A stretch of DNA of 64,000 bases from an uncultured Chloroflexia bacterium (GTDB lineage: Bacteria; Chloroflexota; Limnocylindria; Limnocylindrales; CSP1-4). The first letter of the stretch is position 1; every line of letters starts with the position of its first letter. The notes below the pieces were generated by a model. It was given only the letters and a program-made list of their open reading frames with translations. It was not told the DNA's origin and made no database searches. Of this stretch, positions 49,293 to 60,324 are shown one piece after another. Location: the NCBI GenBank assembly GCA_963721765.1, contig CAVRJP010000001.1, positions 1,445,145-1,509,144 of the forward strand, written 5' to 3'. Both the position numbers and the translations under genes were made by a program.

Positions 49293-50153
49293 ATGGGTCG
49301 AGTTCGAGCAGCCGCGTCGATCGACAGTCCGTCGAATCCGCGGATCAAGGCCGCGGCGCGCCTGCGTGAGCGGCGCGAACGCGAGGCCACTGGCCTGACC
49401 CTGGTCGACGGCGGGCGCGAGGCGCTGCGCGCGATGGAGGCGGGCGCGACCGTCGAGGCGGCATTCGTCTGCCCGGCGCTGATCGGGTCGCGGGAGGCGA
49501 GCCGCGTGTTCGAGAAGGTCGAGCAGTCGTTCGGGCCGTTCGGCGCCTCGATCGAGCTCATCGAGGTCGGCGAGCGCGCATTCGAGCGCCTCGCCTTTGG
49601 GGATCGAGCCGATGGCGTGATCCTCGTCGTCCGTGCGCCCGGAACCAGCCTCGATGACCTGGAGCTGCCGCCGAACCCGCTCGTCGTGGTGACCGAGGAC
49701 GTCGAGAAGCCGGGGAACGTGGGCGCGATCCTCCGCTCCGCCGATGCCGTCGGCGCCGCTGCGGTGATCGCGGTGGGCGGCACGGACCTGTTCAATCCCA
49801 ACGTGATCCGCGCGAGCATCGGCACCGTGTTCAGCGTCCCCCTCGCCACGGGATCGGCCGCCGAGGTGGTCGCGTGGCTGCGAGCGCGCGGCCTGCGCCT
49901 CGTGGCGTCGCGCGTGGATGCCGAGCGGCTTCATGTCGACGCCGACCTGCGCGGACCCGTCGCACTCGTGCTCGGCAGCGAATTGGACGGCCTCTCCGAG
50001 GCCTGGCTGGGCGAGGATGTCGAGGCGATTCGCCTGCCCATGGCCGGCGTCGCGGACAGCCTGAACGTCTCGGCGGCGGCTGCGGTGCTGCTGTATGAGG
50101 CATGGCGCCAGCGTCACGCGGCCGACACCCGAGCCGCGCCACACTCCGGGTGA
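49293..50153 (+). CDS. TrmH/SpoU RNA methyltransferase
   Basis: SPSNPRIK, EKPGNVGAILRSADA, LGSELDGL, DSLNVS. Confidence 0.92.
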   Translation: MGRVRAAASIDSPSNPRIKAAARLRERREREATGLTLVDGGREALRAMEAGATVEAAFVCPALIGSREASRVFEKVEQSFGPFGASIELIEVGERAFERLAFGDRADGVILVVRAPGTSLDDLELPPNPLVVVTEDVEKPGNVGAILRSADAVGAAAVIAVGGTDLFNPNVIRASIGTVFSVPLATGSAAEVVAWLRARGLRLVASRVDAERLHVDADLRGPVALVLGSELDGLSEAWLGEDVEAIRLPMAGVADSLNVSAAAAVLLYEAWRQRHAADTRAAPHSG

Positions 50154-51557
50154 TGGCAGAGAAGGCCAAGCACGACACGTCGTTCGACTTCGTCGTCATC
50201 GGCGCGGGTCCGGCCGGCGAATCGGCCGCGTTCGAGGCCCGCGAGCGAGGCGCGGCCGTGGCGGTCGTCGATCGGCGCTGGTTCGGCGGCAGCTGCCCGC
50301 ACATCGGCTGCATCCCGTCGAAGTCGCTGCTCAACTCGGCCGACCGGCACCACACGAATCCCAAGAGCTGGTCGTGGCAGCAGGCCTCGGAACGGCGCGA
50401 CTACATGGTCAACCGCGAGCGCGACGCCGACGAGCCGGACGACAAGAGCCACGTGGAGGCCCTCGAGAAGGCAGGCGTCGTCGTGTATCGCGGGACCGGC
50501 CACCTCGTCACCCGGGGCGTCGTCGAGGTTCGGCACGATGGCAAAGCCCATCGGCTCGAGGCGAAGCACGTCGTCATCGCCGTCGGCTCGACCTCCAAGC
50601 GACCGCCGATCCCGGGGCTCGAATTCTGTCCCGATCTGGACGAACCGCGAGGCGACCCTCGCCCGCGAGCTGCCGCGCAGCCTGCTCGTGCTCGGCGGTG
50701 GCCCGACGGGTTGCGAGCTCGCGCAGGCCTACGCGCGGTTCGACGTGCCCGTCGCAATCGTCCAGTCGGGCGACCGGCTCATGCCCACGGATCACCCGCG
50801 CAACTCGGCCGTCGTGACCGAGGCGCTGCGCGAGGACGGCATCGACGTCCGACTCGGCGTGCGCGCCGTAGGCGCCCGAGCCGGGGGCGCCAAGGACGGC
50901 GCGCACGCGATCGACCTCTCGGACGGGTCGACCGCCGAGGGTCACGCGATCCTGCTCGCCGTCGGGCGCGAGTTCCCGATCGACGACCTGGGGCTCGAGT
51001 GCTACGGCGTCGACACGACGGGGCGCACGCCGTTCCCGCGCGATGGTCGCCTCCGAATCGCGGACGGCTTGTGGGTCATCGGCGACCCAGCGGGCCCCGA
51101 GCTGCACACTCACCAGGCGCACTACCAGGGCGAGCTCGCGATCCGGATGGCGCTCGGCGACGACGTCCGGCCCGACTACCGCGCCCTCCCGCGCGCGAGC
51201 TACACGGACCCCGAGGCTGCGTTCGTCGGGCAGAGCGTGGAGCAGGCGAAGGCGGACGGCATCGACGCGGTCGAGTTCGTCGCCGACTTCGCGACGTCGT
51301 CACGCGGCTACGGCATCCAGGCCCGCCGCGGCCACGTGACGATCGTTTTGGATCGGAACTCGCGCACCCTCGTCGGCGCCGCCATGGCCTGTCCCGACGC
51401 CTCCGCCGCGATCCACGAATGCGTCCTCGCAATTCGCGCCCGCGTGCCGCTCGAGGTCCTCGCCGACACGATCCACGCCTTCCCCTCGACCTCGCGCATC
51501 CTCAACGGACTCTTCGCCGACGCGCTCCGCGCCATCGGCCCGGTGACGTCACCCTGA
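50153..51557 (+). CDS. pyridine nucleotide-disulfide oxidoreductase, frameshifted near 50625
   Basis: VIGAGPAG, GGSCPHIGCIPSK, LGGGPTGCE, IGD, IHAFPS. Confidence 0.88.
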
Positions 51558-51563
51558 CCGAGT

Positions 51564-52025
51564 TTGATGAGTGCGATTCGCGCTCGGGATGAACCCGACG
51601 CGCCCCACGACCCAAAGGGTTTGGTGATCCAATCCCTGCGGACGTCTGCGCCGGACTTCGACGCGCCGTGGCGCGAGCTCGCTTCTGACTGGCATCCAGA
51701 GGACGTCCCCAGCTATGTCGCGGCCGGAGTGTTCGCGAGGCACCTCGTGGCGCAGCTCGAAGCCGACCGCATCGACGAGTTTCCAGCCGTCTTCAGCGCG
51801 ATCGAGGGACTGCTCATTGATGGTGATCCCGGGATCCGCTACCTGGTGACTTGGGGGCTGTTGGAGGGTCTCGGCAACGTTGCGGCGAACCAACACGGAT
51901 GGCCGTTCGCGCGCCGCTTTCGCGAGTGGCTCGGTCCAGTTTCGACGACTGCTTGGGACGAAGTCCATCGGACGTGGGGCACCAGCCCCCACGACCCACC
52001 AACGCGTGACATTCGCCGACGCTGA
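51564..52025 (+). CDS. hypothetical protein
   Basis: FSAIEGLLIDGD..GLLEGL..WLGPVS..W pattern, protein-like composition. Confidence 0.6.
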   Translation: MMSAIRARDEPDAPHDPKGLVIQSLRTSAPDFDAPWRELASDWHPEDVPSYVAAGVFARHLVAQLEADRIDEFPAVFSAIEGLLIDGDPGIRYLVTWGLLEGLGNVAANQHGWPFARRFREWLGPVSTTAWDEVHRTWGTSPHDPPTRDIRRR

Positions 52026-52075
52026 GTGATCGCCACCGACGTCACGCTTTCGCGTAGCTGGATGTCTGAGGGCTG

Positions 52076-52531
52076 GTGAACCGAGTCCGCGCTCGACTGG
52101 TGATGGTTGTGGTGCTCGCATGCGTACCTGTTGCCGCATGCGGAGGAGTGGCCACGCATGCCGAGGTCCAGGGCCGAATAGCCGAGTTCCTCGTGGCGAT
52201 CCGCGACCGGGCCGACGCGTTGGGTTGGGATCAGTTGCGGGACGACGTACGGGCGAGCTACCCGGGCCGGCGGGCCGCCTGGATTCAGGCGATGGGCGCG
52301 GGCGACACGAGTGAATTGACCTGGCGGATCGATGATGTCTCGGTCGACGACTACGTCGGCTGTGCCCGGGTTGACTTCGGCGAGAGCCGCCACGGGGTTC
52401 CAACCACCTTGTTCGACGACAACCTGCCCGCGCTGGCCCGGGTGGCCAGCCCGCTCGACAAAGGTGCGTTCTACGTCTGCGCGACGGTCGGACCATTGCC
52501 CTTCGATACCGGCGTACATGGAGTCGGGTGA
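52076..52531 (+). CDS. putative lipoprotein
   Basis: signal peptide with VAAC. Confidence 0.6.
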   Translation: MNRVRARLVMVVVLACVPVAACGGVATHAEVQGRIAEFLVAIRDRADALGWDQLRDDVRASYPGRRAAWIQAMGAGDTSELTWRIDDVSVDDYVGCARVDFGESRHGVPTTLFDDNLPALARVASPLDKGAFYVCATVGPLPFDTGVHGVG

Positions 52532-53313
52532 TGAGGCGCAATGACCAAACCAGCGCGCGACACGCGGCCGGGCGCACGACTCTCGTCCTGGTCGTCGTCG
52601 CGATCTGGATTCTGGGCTGTGCGCCGACCGTCGACGTGCCGTCTCCCTCTGCCGTTCTCGCGACGTCGGTCGCGACGCGGCCACCGCCGACTGCCACGCA
52701 ATCGTCGAGCCCCGCGCTCTCGTCCGAGCCATCGCCGAAGGCCGCGACGATCGGGATGACCGAGCGCGAGCGATCCGACTGGTTCTGGAGCCAGGTGACG
52801 CACTACGGCAACTACCGCGAGTTCGCCTCGCTCGCGGAAATCACGAAGGAGGCCCATCTCGTCATTCGCGGACGCGTGACGGGCCGCGTCGACGGTGAGC
52901 TCGAGCTCTTCAGCGCCGACGTGGCGAATGTTCGATGGGGTGTGGTCACGATCGACGAGGTCCTGAAGGGAAGCCCAATCGAGAAGGCCCCTGGGTCTGT
53001 TCTCGTCGAGGACCTGGGCGCGGCCGCCGTGAGCTCCGATATCCCCAAGGGCGAGGTGATCCTGTTCCTGTGGAACTACGCGCAGCTCCGTGTCGACGTC
53101 GGCAACCCGCCTTCGCGGGACGCCGACGACCGCTATTACTACGGACGTCCCAACGGCTACCAAGGTGTGCTCCGTGACCTCGACGGGGTTGTCCGGGTCC
53201 CCAAGCCGTTCAACTGGAACGGCGATCTCGGGGCGTTCCTGGGGCGGATCGACGGCGAGCCATACGACGAGGTCGTCGACCGGATCCGCTCGTTTGGCGA
53301 GGACGACGCGTGA
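52528..53313 (+). CDS. putative lipoprotein
   Basis: signal peptide with ILGC, Pro/Ser linker. Confidence 0.6.
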   Translation: MMRRNDQTSARHAAGRTTLVLVVVAIWILGCAPTVDVPSPSAVLATSVATRPPPTATQSSSPALSSEPSPKAATIGMTERERSDWFWSQVTHYGNYREFASLAEITKEAHLVIRGRVTGRVDGELELFSADVANVRWGVVTIDEVLKGSPIEKAPGSVLVEDLGAAAVSSDIPKGEVILFLWNYAQLRVDVGNPPSRDADDRYYYGRPNGYQGVLRDLDGVVRVPKPFNWNGDLGAFLGRIDGEPYDEVVDRIRSFGEDDA

Positions 53314-53439
53314 AGCCGGGACAGGGCGGCTAGCTCTCGAGCACGACCTCGCCGGCGAGCATGGTGAGGCGCGGGCGCTGCGCTAGCCATCGACGCCGCG
53401 ATCGCGGCGCAGGCTTCGCGACCGACGGCGGGCATCAGA

Positions 53440-54645
53440 TCACGCCATGAGCCGGTCCGGTGCGAGTGGGCCGATGTCCAGGGGAGGATCGGTGCCGCCG
53501 ATGATGTCGGCGACGATCCGGCCCGTCACGACCAATTCGGTGATCCCTTCGCCGCCATGGCCGGTCGCGAGGATGACACCCGGGTGACGCCGCGATTCGC
53601 CAATGAGGGGCAAGCCGTCGGGGGTCCAGGGACGGAATCCGACGTAGGTTCGAATCACCCTGAGGTCCCGGAGGCCAGGAACCATCCGAATCGCCCTGGT
53701 CGCGATCATCCGGACTGTCTCCGCGCTGATCGAGAGGTCGAAACCCGCGAACTGGCGGCTTCCACCGATCAGCAGCTGGCCGCTCGGAAGTGGCTGGATG
53801 ACGCCGAATGCGCTCGGCGGACCTGGCGCTGGGCCGTCGTCGTGCAGAGCGGGCGGCAATGCTGCCCTGCCATAGCCGAAGTCGACGACCGGACGACGCA
53901 GCATGCCTCTGGCGGGCTCGGCAACGAGCACGTGGCCCTTCCTCGGCCAAACCGGGATCGCGATGCCAAGCCGCGCGCCGACCTCTCGGCTCCAGGACCC
54001 GGCGGCGACCACGACGCGATCGACACGGACCTGGCCGCTGCTTGTCTCGATGACCATCCGCCCGGCATTCGTTCGTTCGAGCCCGAGGATCGTCGTCCGC
54101 GTCCGGACCCGCGCCCCATGCCCGATGGCGGCGCGGGCGAGCGCATTCGCCAGGCGCATCGGCGAGACCTGCGCCAGCTCCGGCAGGAACGCTCCTCCGG
54201 GACCGTCCGCGGCCACGGATGGTTCCAGCTCGAGCAGCTCTGCCCGGGACAGAGCCCGGCACGCGAGGCCGCGCACACGTCGACTCTCCACGGCGATTCC
54301 GAGGGCATCCTCATCGGCCGCGTTTTCCGGCACGACCAGTGCCCCCTGCCGGTCAAAATCGAACTCCAGGCCGGTGGCGACGATCTCGTCGTGGGCGCGC
54401 ATCGCCGCGATCTGCAGGTCGAGGTGGTAGCCGTCGCCGCCGAGCCCATAGCCGACGAGGCTCTGCGTTGCACTGCTGGAGCCGGCTGCGATCCCCGCCT
54501 GTTCGACGAGCACGACCTTCAAGCCCCGCCGAGCCAGGTGGTACGCACATGCCGTGCCGACGACGCCACCGCCCACCACGAGGACATCTGCCGCGTCGGG
54601 AAGGATCGAGGAGCGCTCGAGCGCCTCGCTGTCGGCGAGCCTCAT
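53440..54645 (-). CDS. DAO-family FAD oxidoreductase (HcnC/opine or proline dehydrogenase beta-like)
   Basis: VVGGGVVG, VVVAAGSWS, GFRPWTPDGLPLIG, ATGHGGEG. Confidence 0.88.
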   Translation of the reverse strand: MRLADSEALERSSILPDAADVLVVGGGVVGTACAYHLARRGLKVVLVEQAGIAAGSSSATQSLVGYGLGGDGYHLDLQIAAMRAHDEIVATGLEFDFDRQGALVVPENAADEDALGIAVESRRVRGLACRALSRAELLELEPSVAADGPGGAFLPELAQVSPMRLANALARAAIGHGARVRTRTTILGLERTNAGRMVIETSSGQVRVDRVVVAAGSWSREVGARLGIAIPVWPRKGHVLVAEPARGMLRRPVVDFGYGRAALPPALHDDGPAPGPPSAFGVIQPLPSGQLLIGGSRQFAGFDLSISAETVRMIATRAIRMVPGLRDLRVIRTYVGFRPWTPDGLPLIGESRRHPGVILATGHGGEGITELVVTGRIVADIIGGTDPPLDIGPLAPDRLMA

Positions 54646-54676
54646 CGACAACGAGGACGTTGCGCGAGGCAGGCGA

Positions 54677-55417
54677 TCAGGCCGATGTGGACCCGGAGCT
54701 CTCGAGGCCGCGCAGGTGGTTCTCCATCGCGACGCGAATCATGTCCGGATCGCGACTCTCGATGGCTTGGAGGGTTTCTTCGTGGGTCACGATGACGCTC
54801 TCGATGTCCTGATACTGGTCCTCGTAGTCGTCGAGCGCCTTTGCCAGGTACTCGAGGATCTGGTGCTGGTAATACGCGAGCATTTCACTCCGCGCAGCGC
54901 GCCCGAGGGCGTAGTGAAACAAGTGGTCGGCCCGGAGGATCGTCATCCGGTCCCCGCTCGGCGCCGATCGGGCGAGCTCCTCGACCCCGGCGCGGAGGGT
55001 CGCCAGATCCTCGACCGTCGCGCGCTCGCCGGCGAGCAGGGCGATCTGCATCTCGACGGGCCGGCGTGCCTCCAGGAGCTCTCGTAACGCGGGTTCACGC
55101 CATCCTGCCGACAGGCGCATCAACGTCACCGGGATGTCCGCGGTGACGACGGTGATCCCGCCCATCGCCCCTCGGTCGGCCCTGACAACCCCCGCGTCGC
55201 TCAGCGTCTTGATCGCGATCCCGACCGTCGGCTTGCTGACGTGCAGCGCCGTTGCGAGGAGAGCCATGGTGGGGAGTCGATCGCCGGCCCGGTAGCGTCC
55301 CGATCGAATCGCGAACGTGATCTGGTCGACGACCTCCTCGAAGGCCCGCGATCCCGTGATCTCGTGGAATGGCGAATCCCCCGCCCCGAGGTCGGGATCC
55401 GCCTGGGTTGCGCTCAT
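54677..55417 (-). CDS. GntR/FadR family regulator
   Basis: GDRLP..LHVSKPTV HTH, ELLEARRPVE, DHLFH FCD domain. Confidence 0.9.
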   Translation of the reverse strand: MSATQADPDLGAGDSPFHEITGSRAFEEVVDQITFAIRSGRYRAGDRLPTMALLATALHVSKPTVGIAIKTLSDAGVVRADRGAMGGITVVTADIPVTLMRLSAGWREPALRELLEARRPVEMQIALLAGERATVEDLATLRAGVEELARSAPSGDRMTILRADHLFHYALGRAARSEMLAYYQHQILEYLAKALDDYEDQYQDIESVIVTHEETLQAIESRDPDMIRVAMENHLRGLESSGSTSA

Positions 55418-57060
55418 CGCGCCACCACGCCGTGCATTCCGGCACCGGTTGCGGCCGCTGCGGCGCCGGCGCGGATCATGCGACCTGACCGGTCGCCCTC
55501 GATCTTGCCGTCGCGAAGCGCGATGCGGCCATTCACGATCACCGTTTCGATCCCCTCGGGAAGCGCCTGGATGACGATGTCGGTGGTTCGATCGCGGATC
55601 CGCGCCGGGTCGAACACCACGACGTCCGCGACGGCGCCAACTCGGAGAACCCCACGGTCGACGAGGCCGGCGGCGGCGGCCGGGAGCGAGGTCATTCGCC
55701 GCACCCCCTCTTCGATCGGAAACAGCTGTCGGTCGCGGACCAGCTCACCGAGGACTCGGGCTGTGTACCCGTACGTGGACCGGTTCATGGTCATGTCGCT
55801 CAGCTCTCCATCAGGCGCCGCCACCACGCCATCGCTTTCGAACGCGCACATGGGATCGCGGTAGAGATCATCGAGCGCGGAGTCGGTGGCATACCGGTGC
55901 TGAATCAGGACACTGTAGAAATCCTCCCGCTCATCGCGCAAGAGGCGACATGCGACGTCGGCGAGGTGGACCCCCCACGCCGCACTGATCTCGCCGAGCG
56001 TTCGGCCGACCACCTCCGGATGGGCACGCGACGCGCTCAGGCGAAGGTCGCCCCCCGGCGTCGTTCGGAGGAGGCGGCTATCAGATTGCTCGAATGCCGC
56101 TCGGGCGGCTTCCAGGACTGCTGGGTCCTCGAGCCGCCGAACGACGTCCTGCCACGGTCCATCGGTGAACCATGGCGGCAGGATGGACGGGAGCGGGCTC
56201 GGGCCCCACGCATCCGGGAACGTGTCGATGGTGACCGACATGCCACGTCGACGGGCGTCGTCGATCAGCTCATGGACGCGGCTGGTGTCATCGGCGGTGG
56301 CGTACGGGCGCGGGGCAAGGTGCGACAAGAGAAGTCTTGTCCCGCCGGCCTCCGCAATGCCGATCGCCTCCTGAACAGCGTCAATGAACGCCTCGCCACG
56401 ATTGCGGATGTGGGAGGCGTACGTCCCGCCGTGTCGACCGACGATTACGGCAAGTCGGGTGAGCTCCAGGGTGTCTGCGTGCATTCCGGGAACGTATTCC
56501 AGGCCGCTTGACATCCCGATCGCCCCGGCGGCCATGCCCTCGTCCAACAGTCGTTCCATCGTCGCGAGCTCGGCATCGGTCGCGGGGCGGTCGTCGGTAC
56601 CCATGGCCGAGAGACGGATCGCTCCGTGGGCGACGTATGCCGCGATGTTCACCCCCGGCCGAATGGCCTCCAGGCTGGCGAAGTACTCGGCATAGGTGCG
56701 CCAGCCGAGATCCAGGCCCCACCTCGCTCGGAAGCCGATGATCGCCGCGGCTTCCTGGCCCGGAAAAGCACCAATCGCAACGCCGTGCCCGCAATTTCCG
56801 ATGACGACGGTGGTAACCCCCTGGGCCAGCGCACTGACGCATCGCGCATCGACCAACGGCGTGAGATCACCGTGCTGGTGAACGTCGATGAACCCGGGCG
56901 CGACAGCCAGCCCATCGAGGTCGAGCGACTCCACGGCGTTCGACGTCCCGAGATCGTCAACCGAGACAATTCGGCCGTCCGCGATCCCGACATCTGCGAC
57001 TCTCGGCACATCACCGGATCCGTCGATCAGGAGGCCACGGCGCAGTGCCAGGTCAAGCAC
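55414..57060 (-). CDS. N-acyl-D-amino-acid deacylase (D-aminoacylase)
   Basis: APGFIDVHQH, QGVTTVVIGNCG, SSGLEYVPG, SHIR, ADVVVFD. Confidence 0.88.
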   Translation of the reverse strand: MLDLALRRGLLIDGSGDVPRVADVGIADGRIVSVDDLGTSNAVESLDLDGLAVAPGFIDVHQHGDLTPLVDARCVSALAQGVTTVVIGNCGHGVAIGAFPGQEAAAIIGFRARWGLDLGWRTYAEYFASLEAIRPGVNIAAYVAHGAIRLSAMGTDDRPATDAELATMERLLDEGMAAGAIGMSSGLEYVPGMHADTLELTRLAVIVGRHGGTYASHIRNRGEAFIDAVQEAIGIAEAGGTRLLLSHLAPRPYATADDTSRVHELIDDARRRGMSVTIDTFPDAWGPSPLPSILPPWFTDGPWQDVVRRLEDPAVLEAARAAFEQSDSRLLRTTPGGDLRLSASRAHPEVVGRTLGEISAAWGVHLADVACRLLRDEREDFYSVLIQHRYATDSALDDLYRDPMCAFESDGVVAAPDGELSDMTMNRSTYGYTARVLGELVRDRQLFPIEEGVRRMTSLPAAAAGLVDRGVLRVGAVADVVVFDPARIRDRTTDIVIQALPEGIETVIVNGRIALRDGKIEGDRSGRMIRAGAAAAATGAGMHGVVAR

Positions 57061-57087
57061 AGTTCAAAATCCCGGCGGGGAGGCGCA

Positions 57088-57891
57088 TCACTGCGTGGGG
57101 ATCTCAGCCTCCGCTTTCAGCGGATTCAGCAGTCGTCCGAGGAAACGCCGCGTGCGGTCCTGCCTGGGCGAGGTGAAGAACTCTCGCGGCGCGGCCTGCT
57201 CGAGAATGACACCCTCATCGATGAAGAGGACTCGATCGCCGACTTCACTCGCAAATCCCATCTCGTGCGTGACGACGACCATCGTCATCCCTTCATCAGC
57301 GAGCTTCTTCATCACGATCAGAACCTCCCCGACGAGCTCTGGATCGAGCGACGCCGTCGGCTCATCGAACAGCATGATCTTCGGGTTCATCGCCAGGGCC
57401 CGGCAGATCGCAACCCGCTGCTGCTGACCGCCCGAGAGCTGGCTCGGGAACTTCTCGGCATGCGCACTGAGCCCGAACCTCGTCAGCAGGCTCATCGCCT
57501 CAGTCCGGGCGGCACTCCTGCCCGTCTTCCGGACGTAGACCGGGCCTTCGACGACGTTCTCGATCACGCGACGGTGCGGGAAGAGGTTGATGTGCTGGAA
57601 GACCGTGCCGATCTCCGTGCGCACGCGGCTCAGGTCCGAGAGACGCACGTCAGGCTGGCTTGGGACGCCACGCCGGAAGATCGTCTGTCCATCCACCCAG
57701 ATCTCGCCCTCGTCGGGAGGGCCGAGGAGATTGATCGTGCGGAGGAGGGTGCTCTTGCCACCGCCGCTCGGGCCCACCACCACGACGACCTCGCCTGCCG
57801 CAACCTCGAGATCCACGCCTTTCAGCACTTCGTGTGCGCCATAGCTCTTCCGAACGCGGGTGACCTTGATGAGCGGCTGGTTTGCCGTCAT
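57088..57891 (-). CDS. polar amino acid ABC transporter ATP-binding protein
   Basis: [45 protein letters not shown]. Confidence 0.93.
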   Translation of the reverse strand: MTANQPLIKVTRVRKSYGAHEVLKGVDLEVAAGEVVVVVGPSGGGKSTLLRTINLLGPPDEGEIWVDGQTIFRRGVPSQPDVRLSDLSRVRTEIGTVFQHINLFPHRRVIENVVEGPVYVRKTGRSAARTEAMSLLTRFGLSAHAEKFPSQLSGGQQQRVAICRALAMNPKIMLFDEPTASLDPELVGEVLIVMKKLADEGMTMVVVTHEMGFASEVGDRVLFIDEGVILEQAAPREFFTSPRQDRTRRFLGRLLNPLKAEAEIPTQ

Positions 57892-59276
57892 GACGGCAAG
57901 CCGCCGAGCGCACCGGACCCTCTTCCCAGGGCGGCGCTGACAGCGGTGAGTCCGGCAACGATGCGGTCGGCCATCTCCCGGATGTTCTCCTCGGTGAAGG
58001 TCAGCGGCGGGTAGAGCGAGATGATGTCCCCGCGGGTCCCGTCGGCCATGCCCGAACCCGGGTACGTGACAACGCCGGCATCGAGGCAGGCATCGCGAAC
58101 CATCGGAGCGATCCGAAGCTCTGACGGAAACGGCTCACGGGTCGCCCGATCGGCAACGAACTCGATGCCGGCCATGAAGCCGATGCTGCGGACGTCGCCG
58201 ACGAAATCGAACGCGCGCAGCGGCTCGAGCGCCGCGGCGAACGCACCGGCGAGCGAGGCAACGTGTTCCGTCAGCCGTTCCCGAAGCCAGATGTCGATGA
58301 CGACGACCCCGACGGCGGCGGCGATCGGGTTGCCACCATACGTGAACACGTGCTCGAACGGCGCACCGGTGTCGATGAAGACCTGGTGGATGGCGGCGCT
58401 CGCGGCAACGGCGCCCAGCGGCGCGTAGCCGCCACTGAGGCCCTTGCCGAGGACCATCAAGTCGGGCACAACATTCCAGTGCTCCATCGCGAACGCCTTG
58501 CCCGTCCGCCCGAAGCCCGTGACCACCTCGTCGACGATGAGCAGGACGCCGTAGCGGTCGCAGATCGCGCGAATCTCCGGGAAATACTCTGGCTGGGGCG
58601 CGATCGTCCCCCCGACCGAGGCAACGATCGGCTCCACGATGAAGGCGGCGACGTTCTCGGGGCCCTCGGCGAGGATCGCTCGTTCGAGGTCGCTCGCGCA
58701 CGGGAGGCGGCAGCCCGGATACGTGAGGCCCCAGGGACAGCGGTAGCAGTACGCCGCGGGAATGTGCGGAGCATCGAGCAGGAGCGGCATGTACTTGCGC
58801 CGCCGGGGCTCGGCGCCGCCGTACGAAAGGCCTGCAATTGTCGCTCCGTGGTAGCTGACCTCGCGACCGATGACCTTGTGTCGCTGGGGGTCGCCGCGCT
58901 CGACGTGGTACTGGCGAGCCATCTTCACGGCGACTTCGATCGCCTCCGACCCACCGGACGTGAAGTGGATCCAGTCGAGGTCACCGGGCGTGATCGCCGC
59001 AACCGCTTTCGCGAGCTCGAGGACCGGCTCGTTGGCGAAGATGTTGCCGGCCGCGAACGGCAAGCGAGTCGCCTGGTTGGTCAGCGCGGCCACGACTTCC
59101 GCACGACCGTAGCCCAAGGTGACGGTCGCGATGCCGGCGATCGCATCGAGATACCGCCGGCCTTCGGTGTCCCACACGTAGACGCCTTCACCTCGTGCGA
59201 GAACCGGGTAGATGCGCTTCGGGTCGAGCGCGAACAGGTTGCCGGAAGCACCCGGAATCCCAACCTGTTCCAGCAC
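57888..59276 (-). CDS. class III aminotransferase
   Basis: [50 protein letters not shown] start behind GGAGGGAG. Confidence 0.92.
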   Translation of the reverse strand: MLEQVGIPGASGNLFALDPKRIYPVLARGEGVYVWDTEGRRYLDAIAGIATVTLGYGRAEVVAALTNQATRLPFAAGNIFANEPVLELAKAVAAITPGDLDWIHFTSGGSEAIEVAVKMARQYHVERGDPQRHKVIGREVSYHGATIAGLSYGGAEPRRRKYMPLLLDAPHIPAAYCYRCPWGLTYPGCRLPCASDLERAILAEGPENVAAFIVEPIVASVGGTIAPQPEYFPEIRAICDRYGVLLIVDEVVTGFGRTGKAFAMEHWNVVPDLMVLGKGLSGGYAPLGAVAASAAIHQVFIDTGAPFEHVFTYGGNPIAAAVGVVVIDIWLRERLTEHVASLAGAFAAALEPLRAFDFVGDVRSIGFMAGIEFVADRATREPFPSELRIAPMVRDACLDAGVVTYPGSGMADGTRGDIISLYPPLTFTEENIREMADRIVAGLTAVSAALGRGSGALGGLPS

Positions 59277-59383
59277 CGGCGTACTCCCTCCGAGCCGAGT
59301 GCTCCGCCTCTCGGCCCGGCGATGATAGCCGTCGTTTGGCACAATAGTCAAAGGCGTAGAACTTTGAGCACTCGGCGGTCGGG

Positions 59384-60316
59384 ATGAGCGCGGCACCTGT
59401 TTTCGGAGCGGTCTGCTGGGGCCAGTACACGACCTGGGATCCGCTCCTGGAGGCGGCCCGGGCGGTGGACCGCCTCGGCTACGGAAGCCTTTGGTGTACG
59501 GACCACCTGCAGAGCATCCATGGCACGTCGCCCGGGCCGATCTTCGAGGGCTGGGGCACGCTCGCCGCATGGGCCACGGCCACAAACCGCGTCCGCCTGG
59601 GCCTGCTCGTCGCCGCGAACACGTTCCGCGTCCCGGGGCTGACGGCAAAGCTCGCGACGACGCTCGACCACCTCTCCGGCGGTCGAGCCGTCCTCGGCGT
59701 CGGAGCGGGTTGGCATGAAGCCGAGCACCGAGCGTTCGGCCTGTCGTTCGGGTCATCGCCCGGAGAGCGATTGCGATGGCTCGACGAGGCCCTCGCGATC
59801 ATGCGCGCGTCGCTCGATGGGGAGGCCGCCCCCGCTCCGGGTCCGAGGTACCGTGGCTCGGGAGCCTGGAGCCGACCCCTGCCGGTCCAGGCGCACCTCC
59901 CCATCCTCGTCGGCGGTGGCGGGGAGCAGACGACGCTGCGGCTTGTCGCGAAGTGGGCCGACATGAGCAACTTCGGCGGGACGGTCGACGCCGTCCGCCG
60001 GAAGGAGGACGCTCTCCTTCGGCATTGCGAGTCGCTCGGGCGAGATCCCCGGGAGATCGAGCGGACGCTGAGCGTCGGGATCGTCGTCATTCGCGGGCGT
60101 CGCGAGGAGGCTGACGACGCGTATGCGTCAATCCTCGGGCACAACGGCAACGCGCGAATCGCTGCGCAGACGGTCGGCACGCCCGAGTCCCTGGCCGAGC
60201 AGCTCGCGCCGTACGTGGAGCTCGGCTACCGCCATCTCATCGCCGAGTTTCCTGCCCCATTCGATCACGAGTCGATCGAGCGGCTTGTCAACGAGGTTGG
60301 GCCACTCCTCGCCTGA
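59384..60316 (+). CDS. luciferase-like monooxygenase class (possibly F420-dependent) oxidoreductase
   Basis: LWCTDH, FEGW, TLDHLSGGRAVLGVGAGW, PILVGGGGE. Confidence 0.88.
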   Translation: MSAAPVFGAVCWGQYTTWDPLLEAARAVDRLGYGSLWCTDHLQSIHGTSPGPIFEGWGTLAAWATATNRVRLGLLVAANTFRVPGLTAKLATTLDHLSGGRAVLGVGAGWHEAEHRAFGLSFGSSPGERLRWLDEALAIMRASLDGEAAPAPGPRYRGSGAWSRPLPVQAHLPILVGGGGEQTTLRLVAKWADMSNFGGTVDAVRRKEDALLRHCESLGRDPREIERTLSVGIVVIRGRREEADDAYASILGHNGNARIAAQTVGTPESLAEQLAPYVELGYRHLIAEFPAPFDHESIERLVNEVGPLLA

Positions 60317-60324
60317 CCCCGGAC

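Noticed and set aside
1-51557. Frameshifts in tgt, permease, GH13, lacI, hisC, pheT, infC, thrS, patatin and the disulfide oxidoreductase as pseudogenes or programmed frameshifts
   Set aside because: They affect essential genes with otherwise intact motifs and share no slippery site; sequencing or assembly indels are much more likely.
53324-53344. GGGCGGCTAGCTC..GAGCAC match to the tRNA-Val 5' end on the plus strand
   Set aside because: Only 13 contiguous GC-rich bases, opposite orientation, no leader or arm, and it overlaps a plausible gene remnant; possibly chance.
59336-59353. Sigma-54 promoter (TGGCAC)
   Set aside because: No TTGC -12 element at the required spacing.
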